From Botryllus schlosseri (Eukaryota): DNA of 64,000 bases. A program made the translations under genes and the position numbers. Under the pieces are notes generated by a model. That model saw only the letters and a program-made list of their open reading frames with translations. It did no database searches and was not told where the DNA came from. The DNA is taken from NCBI GenBank assembly GCA_051294905.1, contig CM119372.1:9364001-9428000 (forward strand), written 5' to 3'. Shown piece by piece: positions 1 to 12,300 of the stretch. Numbering within the stretch: the stretch's first letter is position 1; the number at the start of each line of letters is the position of its first letter.

Positions 1-393
1 TTGAGTGCTAAAACTAACTAGTATGACAATCTCTACTACTACCCCACCATGCAGCAAAAGAAAAATGAGAAGATTTAAAAAATACTCTGGAAAATAGGCG
101 TGAAAAGTGGTGTGGATTGACACAACACATAATTTAATGTTCTGGCATCAATATTTCGTGATGGAGGCTTCAATTTGACTGCAGCAGAAAAGTCAATTGC
201 TTTAAGATCCTTACGTATTTGTGTTATAAGCAAATGCATATTTCGGGCCTTCACATTAAATTGATATGTAACAACTTCATGGAAATTCTGTAGTTGCAAT
301 TACTCTCCTAGGAAATAGGAAAGCTGAGGAATTCAATTGGGTTCACTAGGATCCGCGTGTTAAAATCGCCTAAGCATTACAAAGTAATTTCAC

Positions 394-3300
394 CCTTTGC
401 AGTTCAACGAGGGACTTTGCCATTCTTTCCACCAATTTATTCCATCTCTCCAGCTCTTGCAACAGCACAACTGTCGTTGGTGAAATTTCGGTCCCGAAAT
501 TCTTTCGGATTTTGTCCAACTCGTACGGGGCGGGAATTTTATTCTGCATTGGCGATGTTAGGGTGATAAGAATACAAGAATATACAAAAACATAAAAGAA
601 ATAATAAGACATTGTATAAATAATAGAATTTTAAAAATAAAAATACATCAATATCACAAACAGAACATCTCAAGGCGTTTGGGGTTAGGCCTACTAACGG
701 GAACGAAACGAGGAGAAATACCTGGATATCCTTGGCGACATTGGCGATGAAGTCGTCTCGGCTTATGCCGCCTCCGGTATCTCCTGTTTGAGGTTGCAGG
801 TCCACTAGATGGTGCCACATGTCACGCGCGGCCTGAAAACACAGCGGCACTTTTTGCGGCGGACATTGCAGGAGGTGGAAGTGATTGTGAAAGAATGACG
901 CCAAATTGTTGACAAAATTTAAGTATTTCTGACTTACTGCTATATAACTATGTCAGTGAGAAATTATTCAAACGTTATTGTCAAGTAGCTTTTGGTTTTC
1001 TACATAACCGAATGGCAGCAGCGGGTTTTTCCGACAAATTTTGCTTCACTTTCCAAAACTGTAAAACACGGCCTCAATGGGATGCCAAACCAACAAGTAA
1101 TCCATTGTTGGATTCAGAACGTCAACGCCTAACCAACTACGCCACAAATCTAGACCAGCGCAGGTCAACCGCGCGTGTATATAATCGAGAAGACGAGAAA
1201 ACCTTGTAAAAATGTACATGTTTTGGTTACTTCCTTATAGAGTCCACAACGTACACCTCGTGCGAATAAGCAGGTGCTATTCACTGCGATAGAGATAACA
1301 TCTTTTGAACAAGCCATGAGTGACCGCTTTTGCGCAACTTGTTCGATTGACACTATCAAAATACTGCGAAGAGTTTCAACAAAAACCGCCGTCTGAATCA
1401 TGCGTTAGCCGGGTTTGTTGGTTTCGCATCCCATTGAGGTCGCGTTTTACAGTTTTGAAAAGTGAAGCTAAATTTTTCGGAAAAACCCGCCGGTGCCGAT
1501 CTGTTAACAGTTTTCCAAGCGAAACTACTTATTATTTACACCTCAGATTTTGTACAGTAGAAAGTTTGGGATATCTTCGAATCACTTTTTCATCAACTGG
1601 GTAAAATATCTCCTGTATCGCGGCAGCTGAATATATTATGGAGAATTATAGAGCCGTCATCTTGTGTTAGTCGTGAAGATGCAACCAGCAATTCCAAAAG
1701 TAGACACCCTCAATTAACATCGAAAAGGTTACGACTCCTCAACCAAATCTACTTTTGAAAAGAGTTACTCAGGTACCTTTAAACATTTCATTTTCTACTG
1801 CAATGACGTGTCTTGGAAATCACAACTTCTCTTGTGTAAGTAGAAATTTACGACATTGACTACTTTGACCGCCTGTGACTGAAGTAATATACCACTCTGA
1901 AGTTAAGACCCAATCGAATTACGGTGTGCATAAGGTTTACATAGATAACTACATGACGTTGTCAAGTATACAAGATTAAATACATGCCAAGGTTAGTGCT
2001 GAAGGAAAGAGCCTATCTCCACGACAAAGATAGTATCAGATCCGGAATTTTGAATAAAAAACACTACAGCTTACTGTCCCAGCATTTGAATTGAGCAATA
2101 TTAAGACTTTGAGATGCCAACCTGCGTGTAGTAACCAATTTCAGCATTCGGATGCAGTCCGAAAACCTCAGGCGTGTTAGCAAGCGGCAAAGATTCGATC
2201 AAGTCAACGTAGCAGTCCTTGTTTCCCTTATCGTCCGGAATGTAATAGTCGACGTCCGTGTTGTGATAGAAGTGGAACGGTTGGAAAGTGTCAAAGATGA
2301 AGTCACCAAAGTACTCGTCCATGTACGTTGTCAGCACGCGACGATCGAAATTATCGATGGCCCGCCCGCCGTACATTACCTGTTAATTGCGATTTTTGGT
2401 TGGTTCGATATATCATGTCATGGTGCCGACGAATAGTTACCTCGCCGATAAGATACTTCAGAGAGCCCCATGGTATTTTATCGTCTGACAGTTCGAAAGC
2501 CTTGGTGAGGTAGGTGTTGAGGATATCCATGCATACCTACGTAGAGAAACACCCAAAATAAGCGCCATGGTAGTTGTAACATATGCGTAAAATAACAAAT
2601 TAGTTTTTAATACGGGGTGGATTTCAGCAGTGTACTCAGGGGTGGGTATCATGACTCAGGAGAGTTGCATTTGCATTCTTGTCAACGCCGCAACCAAAGT
2701 AAAATTGTCTTCGTGTTGAAATCAATATGAATAAACTATGCAATTGTAAATTGAAGTTCTGCACTCTCAGAGAGTCTTAGGGATAATATAAATCATATCA
2801 AATCAACTGGGAGCGTACTTTTTTAGATATACACCCATTTTTTTAAATTTAAAGCAAAAGAAAATATAATTCCGAACTTATTCGTGTTGAAATTACTGTG
2901 TGACAACACGGATATTATGCAATTCGACGAAGAAATATCCAGTACCTGATTCCATTCCGTCGTATAAGATACGTTTAGTGATAGTAACAGCACATTATGA
3001 GCGCTTACACCTGTCACAGTGTCTCATCACAAAGCCTTTAAAGACACTATTCACGGCTGCCCATCAAGCCAATGAATCGCTGGCTTCAATCGCTTCTCAG
3101 GCATAACGTAGTCTTACACAAAAATTGAAAAGCACATACCGTGTGATCGGACTCGTTGAAGTCGTACGGAACGTTCCAGCCAATCTTCCCGTATTTACGC
3201 CTCTCTTGTACTACAGCATGGAAGAATCCCAACACAAACACCAACGACCTAACGATGAAACAGCTTACACTCCGGTCGTATTCCTAACTTACATTCGCCT

Positions 3301-6300
3301 ACCTGAAAGCAGGATGAGGGCATTCACCGAGCATGGTAGCGGTGATCTTGTGGTAGGTGCTGCGCAGGTTCAGCTTCAAGCCGTTTGGTGGTTCTGTGAC
3401 TACTTTGAGGGAACGCTGCAATATTCCGATTGGAAATTCAGGGATGGATTCTGTCGTCAGCCATAATCTGAAGGAAAGAACATTTCAAAATGTGAAATTC
3501 GCGGAGTGAGACGCGGCTGCGGGATCGCCTCCTTTGAAATTCGCGATTATGACATCACAAGAGCGCCAGCGCTTCATGCCGTACGGCTTTTCTCGATTTT
3601 ATGTTGGAAAAATGTAATATTTGAAGTCGGACCCAGAGGTGGTCAGTAACCAAGTACTTACTCTTTTCAAATCCTCGCCTACTTGTACTACTTACTCAAA
3701 CTGTTAGACTACTTTTACTTTTACTACACTTACTACTTACTACACTTTTGAATTTTGCAAAGAAGAAAGTAATTCTGAGATAAGTTTGCATCGCTGTAAT
3801 GATCCAATTCGTCGCGATAACTGGACGAAGTAGTCCCTATATCACGGCAACTGATGTATTCTCAGAATTGTACCTAATTGTGGTGTCATTTTGAGTTTGT
3901 GTTGATAAAGAACCGAGCGATTCAGGCAGTTGCCGCCACCGACTGATTGCTATAAGTATGCGATACAAGACCAAATCTACAATTGAATAGTATATTCATA
4001 TTGAAATGAACCCGAATATTTTCGGCTGACACTCGTCAGGGGTAATCGTCAGCAACTAGCATAGAATTGGAAAGAAGATTGTATATCAACAATCGTATCA
4101 CAAAATATGAGGTCACCAGCAGCAAGACCAAATCTACGTTTTAGAAACAACTCACTCGAGTATATTTCGGTCGTTCATTTTCTGCCTTGACATGTTTTGG
4201 AAATCTCTATTTCCACTCGTAATCGAGTAGAAACACTAAAGATTACTTCTACTTTTACTCAAGTACCAATGATGACTGCCGTCAAGCGAAAATTACAAGT
4301 TAAAAGCGATTATTCTCAAACCGCACCTAAAATCTGGATGCGGTTTCTGAATCCTTTCCAACGCTTTTTCCAAATCCTTGAGCCACTTCACGAGAAGATG
4401 GCAGTTTTGTAGCATGAGCCACTGTCCCCGGGCAATAGCAGTCTCTAGAAACTGCAGCGCCACCTTCTCCTGACCCTGACCCATGGCCAGAAACTTCAAA
4501 CGGTTACCGCCGAATCCAGACCTGCGAATTTGCAATGAAGGGCAATGTAATTTGGAGCCTCAAAGTACCATCAGCAGCGCCAACCTTTCCGCCAATTTCA
4601 GCAGGTCGGAAGCCGGGTCCGATCCGGGGCTCAGGATGAAGACGATGGGTGAAAACGGCGTGCTCTGCTCGTAGATGGACTCGAAGCTGATGATCGGGGG
4701 TTGGACGTAGATCTCGCCCACAGTCTTGATGACGTAGTTGGTGATGGCGCGAATCACGCGGTCCACGCGGAAACATCTGGATATGGAGATATTTTTTTTT
4801 AATACAGTAAAACACCTGTTTTTAATTCATTTTACATTTAAATATATATATCTTCAGAAATAGCAATAGTTTACCAAATATCATACCAATACTACGTCAA
4901 AGATTTCCCATTGATTATCTCTCATTGTGATATCATAGGAGTGTGGATGATTAGAAAATCTCAAATATGTACGGTACCTTTTATGTGACCACAAAGAATA
5001 TACTGCTAGTTGTCCACCACTGAAATGTCATTTACACAAACTTGCAAAGTTTTTTACCACAAATGTTTTGGTAGTAAGTAGCAAAAAGTAGCGAAACTAT
5101 AATTTTCTTACCGCAAAGGATCATATAATTTGAGTCCTCGAAAAATCTTCACTCACTACTCGACCCGAATTCCTATCCCACTTAAATACTTTATTCAGAT
5201 TCAAGCGCTTAAATGACTGTGCCCAGCCCCATCATTAAGCGATGGAGGGATGGAAGAGATCAGCTCTTCTTAAAAATACGAAGATTTACACAAAAACACA
5301 TACCGTAAAAGAATGAGTCGGTCGAAATCCTTCAGCTTTTCCTCATATTTTCCAGGGAACGAAATCGATTCCGGGCTGTCGTGATCGAACCACTCCTTCC
5401 AAACGCGTTCGTTACGCTCGATATCGTCCGGCAGAGACGAGAATATATCGGGGGACATGTTCGCCAATTCGATGACGTCCTGCCAGCCCTGGTCCGGAAT
5501 CCAATCGAAAGGCTTGCGGCGACTATAACGACATGATCGAAAAGCTATTAGTAAGGAATATCGATTTCACTTTGCACCAATGCTTGAGACTATATTCGGA
5601 ATATATCCTGATGACATTCGACGAAGTAATACCTCCATTTCAAGAGAATGTATTCCCAGCATCTGTATCAGTCAAATTAACATTCGATAGGACTATCATG
5701 ATAACACGTACTTGCAGTGAGAAATATGGAAAATTGAGTGTTACGTGGTTAACAGACTGGTATTTGCGTGAAGGATAAAAATAATATACACATTCGATTT
5801 TGTAAAAGGTTCAACATACACAATATGCCATGGGTGCGTTAAACAATAAAATCAGTCTGGACTTGGCATCTGTGTCTACGAGACGGGCCGCCATGGTATG
5901 TCGAGCTAACCAGGCAGTTCAGTAACTTGAAGCCCGGTTTGTTGAGGAAAATTATGCGGTGCAGCAGAACAGCATACACAAGGAATCTCCTGGAGTCAGA
6001 TTATAACAATTTCAGAAATATGGCAGCCGGCAACAGTCAAATGATCATCGACAACATCACGACGAGCAACCAATTGCGTACTAGATCATCATTCGACTGC
6101 ATGGATGCAGAATAGAAGAGAAATTGAGGAGACATATCAAAAGCACGCCATCACCTGCTCTTTTCGAGGGCGATATTTCCCTTGTAGAAGAAGTCCAATT
6201 CTTCCTGCTTGATCTGTCCCTGATCTTGAACCAGCTTGATTGTCATTTGGAACGAGAAGAGTAGCTTGTGCTTTTCAAAGAGACCTGACGTTCAGAACGG

Positions 6301-9300
6301 AATTAGCAATGTGAGTATCGGGTCTATCGAATCTGTCGGATCACCATGATAGACCAGATGCTGAATGATTATATATTGACAATAGGAGGTGGTTTGTAAT
6401 GAAGTAGTCCCATCTTTTTGGAAATGCATGTGAGTTTACCGACTGCAATGCTTACATGAGTGATACTGTTTTAGATTACTTCTACTATTACAGTAGCTCT
6501 TCAATTTTGTAAACTACAAAAAGCTATTGGATAGATTCTCAACGCTTTTGAGATTGAAATTGCTACTAGAAAATCAAACATCTGCATCACAATCGTGACA
6601 TATAACTTAAATATCACAATCTGACATATCGAACTCGCCTACCGACACATGCAGCATTCATTTTTATCGCTTCCTTCTATGTTATCCTTTCTCTTGTCCA
6701 GTGTGCATGCCACTTATTGTGGGTGTCTGATTAAAAGACTATTTTAAGTCATTTTCGCACCCTCCTATCTTTTCATTATATCGAAATCGTGAGGTGGATT
6801 GATTTGATGAAAATTTTACTGAAATGATAATGATAATTCATAAAAACGAAAGCTATTCAGCGTCAGTCACTGATTGTGTACTGCAAGTTGGCGTGGTTTA
6901 TTGCAAAATAAAAGTCCTACATCGCTGTTTCTTTACAAAAAAGCCCAGAGAATGACCCGATGAAAGACGAGTGCAAGGAAGAGAATGGAAAGAGCGAGGA
7001 AACGTCAAAAAGAGAGACAGCCGAAATATCAGGTTTGAAGACGGTTACATCAGGCATTAATTCGAGTGATACCAATAGGTTGAGGTGGATGTTAGATTGA
7101 TAGACTTTACTTAGCCGTTTCGACATCCTATCTGTTCGTTACATCGCATTGTGTCTCCCGTGTGACATCATAAATTGTATGTCTTAGGCAGATTAAAATC
7201 ATAGAACATCTGGTTTTGATCATGATTATGGAAGTCAGAATTAAGTTTTTTACGTCGGTTTACGTGAGTACTTAGAAAAATACGGTTGTCGGCTGCATTT
7301 CGACATACTTTCAGCCTGCCGATTACTCGACTGGCACTAGAACTTCGCAGGGTAGCTTCTACTTCAATAGCAGTGACGAATACATCGACTTTATCCAAAG
7401 CACTTATCAAGCCCACAGCAATCAACACCCGACCTGTGCAAGCGTAGTTGTAGATGTTGTGAGTCAGCGTGTCGATGATGTACTTCAGGCGCTTGTTGAG
7501 ATTCGCGTCCGGCAGGCTTTTACGCAACGAGAAGTCGAACACGTCCAGGAACGAAGCCAGCGAGAACTGGTACATGTTGTTGATGATGGCCATTTCCGAG
7601 AGGACGAAAAACAAAATGGCGCCGCGACGGGCCGCGGGACGGTATCTGAAGAAACGGGTCGTGATTGCATACAAGAGGAGGTCAAATTATCTCGCAATAT
7701 ATTACACAGCTTATACACTCACCCATCTCTGAGTTTATCGATGTCAACAGCGGTGACGGCAGCGAGTTTCAGCTTTTCCGTCACTTCTGTGGCCTTAGAT
7801 TTTGTCTCTTCCAGTGTTTCGATCAGCTCGGTGTTGTCCAACATGTTGCCTGTAACGCAAAGATGGCATATAGTATAAAATTTGTCGCAATATTCAGGAA
7901 AGTGGAACTGAAGAAAAACTAAGGTTCCATCACGTTCAGTGAGTTGTTATCAGCACTTTTAATCTGCCTGGAATCTGTTGTACCAAGTCGATTGGCTAAA
8001 ACGTGGCAAAGGCTGTTGAAGAAGTGCCAATTGTGCGTGGACAGGTGAAATGGGTTTCTCAGTGTGCTACATTTAAGAGCTAAGGTCAGGTGGACTAACA
8101 GAATGGCCAACAGAGCTGTAAAATCACAGAAACACGCATATACTGACTCTGCATGGAGGGTTTTGAGATAGAAAACGCACACGACACAACGCGCAATTTC
8201 CTGTCAGGCATTAAAGGTTGTTGTGCATGGACCGTTACCGAATTTTATAGATAAGTTTCGTCATGACATTTACCAATTCCTAATGACACAGTGGGTCTCA
8301 CCATTACTACTGGAAAGTATAAGAGCTACCCATTGCTTATGTATACCCGGTCTATTGCCAAAAAGGTTCCACAGCAATCCGGTGAGAGACAGCCTTTAGT
8401 TACAGTAACATTCACGAGCGTGAATCAAGTCATACGCGGACCAAAGCAGCACCTTTAGAAGTGGCAAGCTCTCTCAGGAGAGAATCTTCCAAGTCTTTTA
8501 GCAACTTTTTATTTTCTGACGTCTCCTGAATGAGACGCTCACGCTGCTCTTCCAGCTCTTTCCTCTCAAACTTGACAATAACGGAAAGCAACTGATCTGA
8601 AGTAGTTTGAAAGGGAATTTTTAAAAATTGATATCAACTCGATGGTTTATAATCGCAAATCGTAAACACCTCACCTTCCAGCCCTTTCAAGGTGACGGTA
8701 TAGTTAATGACCATGGCTTTGCCAAACACAGCTGGTGAATATCGTGGATTGGCCAGCTTGCTGGTCAAGTACAGCTTGAAATTCGAGTCGTAGTCCACCT
8801 CCTTGTCGCCTGTAGAATCAGCTCGATTAAGTCGAAGGAAAACTATGATTTAAGTCGATCTGAGCCAAGGTAAGTACACGCATGGGATGTTTAACGCACA
8901 TTTTCAATTTGAAATTAACGATACTCTGCTTTATAAGACAATCTTGGAGGTAGAGAACTTGAATATTCAGTTGAATAATATATGTTCATATTGATATAAA
9001 CCCAAATATTTTCGGCTGACACTCGTCAGGGGTAATCGTCAGCGACTAGTAGACAATTCAAAAACAATTTGTATATCAACACTCGTATCACCAAATATAA
9101 CTCTGATTTCTACTATTGTGTTGTAATTACAGTTCTGATATTACCGAGCATGACAAACTCGCGTCCCGCGTCGCCCTTGATGTTTTTCTCCAAAACATTG
9201 TCGATGACCGGGTCGATGTACTCGTCAACGTCCTTGAACAGGAAGGGAAACCCGTACTTGATGGCCAGTTCGAGTTGCTTCAAAAAGTCCGGGCTGTTGA

Positions 9301-12300
9301 ATGACGATTCCTGCACGACAGAACAGGGACGGTTACAGGTTCGAGCATGATAACGTGCATATTTTCACATTTAAAATTTGAGAATTTGAGAGAACGAGCA
9401 AGTAAACACGCTCATATCAATCGTTTTTCCGCAAACAAGACATAAAATAATACTTTGAGGTTATTCTTCTCTTCTTTCTTGCGAATCCAGTTCAAAGCCT
9501 GTTGCTGTGGGTCAATACAAAGTGGAAATCTGGAAGCCCTGGTGGTGAGGATGCCGTTTTCGATGGAAAGCTCGTCGGGCGGTAGACCTGTGGTAAAAGT
9601 TAAATGAGATTTTACAATTTACATGCATTTTTTCCCCCGTTGACGTAAGTAGTGAATTGTGAGTGTGTGTGACATAATTATTCCATGATGCTGTGAAAGA
9701 TATAACATGGACATATAAGTCTTATATTGACCCTAGGCGTGAGATTTTGTTGGAGTGTAACGGATCAGCTTAGGACGGTGGGTATTAGTTTCTATTAGTT
9801 AGTTTGAAACAGCGATTTGTAATAACAACATTAGTGGAATTGATTCCATTACCTTAAAATGGTTCCTAGTCAACACCCATGTAAATGGCACGAAGGATAC
9901 TAATAGATAATACATATTGTAGAAATAGCTTGCATATTGCACTATAGTAATCAGATATTACTTCCACAACCCATTAGCAATACGATATTATCTCATTATT
10001 GCTTGGCTATATAATCTCGCTGCTTTGTCACTAGAAAGACTCAATTAACACAAAACTGCAACAAAGTATCTAAATATATCTGTATTGACTGAATCTGAAT
10101 CTGCAGGAAGCAGGCTAAGCACTGGTACAGCTAAACCTATAATGTTCGGTTACCAGTAGCTACTTTACTACTTCAGGAACACCAAGTCCTATCTACGGCA
10201 CTACATATGCCAATTTCTAACGGTGACCATCTTGAAGCAGCAATCATTCAATCATTCTTTCTAGCGGAAACAAACCTTCAGATCCCCATTTGCTGATTTC
10301 GACGTCGTCTGTGAGCAGTTTTTCGATCCTAAACGGGCTTGAAAGAGGGATGTTGCGTTTATGAACGTCATTCACCCAATCGGTGTAGACCATGTTGTTA
10401 CGGAACTCCCAACTGAACGCGCCCTCATAGCAAAGAAAACCGGACGATACCAGACAGTCACCAATCAACCTGGAATATAGAGATAATAGTAGTAAAGAGC
10501 TGTTTACTGTTACGTTTTCTAGCGTAATTGTGTTGCTTATTCTAGGAATTTGTTTAAATGATGTCTCGAGATTATTGAAATTGTGATAGGAAAATCTGCC
10601 GGATTGTGACTAAGTGCCGATACTCCTGACGTACCGAACTCGGCGTCGTTTCAGTTCTTTCAAATCTTTGTCCCATCTCTCGTTTTCTGATCCCAAGCCT
10701 CCAATCAACTTATCGGCAGCGATAAGACGACGTTCCATAATTTCCGCTTCTTCTTTCAGTTGCATTTGCTCAGCGTTGGCCTGAAAAGTCATCAAAACGG
10801 GTGCCATCACAGCGTGTTCTAATTTGAAAATTTGAATAACGTCGGTAGATTCTATACTGACCAAACACCGACTCAACAATACACAATTTTATATGTTTTA
10901 CATAAGAGAGTGATGCTTTCGCTAATTTCAAGGCGATGGCACAATACACGTGGTCGAACGTGCTTATGACATGGTGAGCCATGGCCACGAACCCTACAGT
11001 AGATTTGTCGTTAATCTGAAGAATACACCAGACACAATACGCACCTGCTCATACTTTTGTCTCAAAACCTCCAATTGCTCATCGAGAGCCCCGACCTCCT
11101 TGTTGATTTTTTCCAAATCTCTCTTCGACTGATGGTAGTTCCGTTCAAGCTTGGCCACCTGCGATGCACGGCATCGGTTACAGTCTAGTATCGAGACTTT
11201 TAAAACATTATAAGGACAACGGTGAATCACTTATCACAGCGTACAATGGTTTTTGAAAGTCACAAAGACTTGACGGATCCGAAGAGGATTTTACCTTCGG
11301 TGATGAGAAATCCGAATGCATAAGAGATTTACCTTTTCTCTTTTGGGTTTGATCTCTCTCGCGACCTCGCAGTATCCCATGACGGCTTCGACGAACTTCA
11401 TCATTCCGAAACCGGCGTTGGAAATGCTTTTCATCTCGTGCACAGAAACGCCGAGACTTTTCAAGAAGCCTTTGACCGTACGAATCTAACAATCGAGATC
11501 ACAATTGTGACATCTCAAAGAATTCCGACTACAGTACTGATGGCGGGTAGTCTCAAATCATTGCGACGATTGTAATGCTTGGAACGAATCGTAATTAACT
11601 ATACTTAAATAATCGCGGAGAAACTTATCATATCAGAAGGAAATGGTTCCAGAATAAAATATCTGGTATTTAATCCACGATGAGCTGCCGCAGATAGAGA
11701 CAGTGGTGGTCAAAGTATTCAGCATTGCAACTCAACTAGAAGTAGAGGTAACAAGCTAAATTTATACTCAAGAACAATTTGCAAGACATGTCAAAATTAC
11801 TTCGAGCAGAAGTAGAAAATTAAAGGTGTGACAAGCGCTCAAGTATGTAGTTTCAAAAAGTAGCTTTGGTCGAGGGGTCATGTGTTTTTAGCAGTAAATA
11901 GGAGGTGGGTACTGAAATTGCAATATATATATTTGTGACTGACGCAAAAAGACTAATGAGACAATAAATAGGTGCAATCTTCAAAGATATATTATCAGTA
12001 GGGCGTTTTTTTTTTGACATGTCAAAATAAGTCAAAATTTTGTCAAAATTGTAGGGTTAGGTCAAAAAATTGTCAAAATTGTTTACAAAGTCAAAATTTC
12101 ATTGACCCCTGCATTTTGTTTGTGTCGTAGATTTTGCACTGTCGGTGAACTTATCATTTGATACTTTACAGCTTGTAGCTCACTTTATAGGCCTACCGTT
12201 GTAGACGGTCCATTGTCTGCTCATTGTGAATCATAAACGGTCAAATGAAACAAATAGGCTGACATCGTGTTATGGTCAACGTACCGCAATGTCCTAACTG

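Larger units (their letters stand above)
3635..4283. mobile_element. Old hAT-type MITE (CAGAGGTGGTCA family)
   Basis: Starts cagaggtggtcagtaaccaagtact, with tact/agta-rich subterminal repeats. Many decayed relatives lie in the window (e.g. ~11701-13430, 36425-36675, 37127-37772, 42183-42590, 52200-52630, 61200-61539). Confidence 0.6.

Noticed and set aside
75..299. 74-aa minus-strand ORF as the next dynein exon
   Set aside because: It does not resemble the expected continuation after ELQR (ALxGEVGMS-like). The next exon is probably outside the window.
6917..7100. Purine-rich plus-strand frame [24 protein letters not shown] as a nested antisense gene
   Set aside because: It is short and low-complexity, with no convincing splice partners or homology I can identify.
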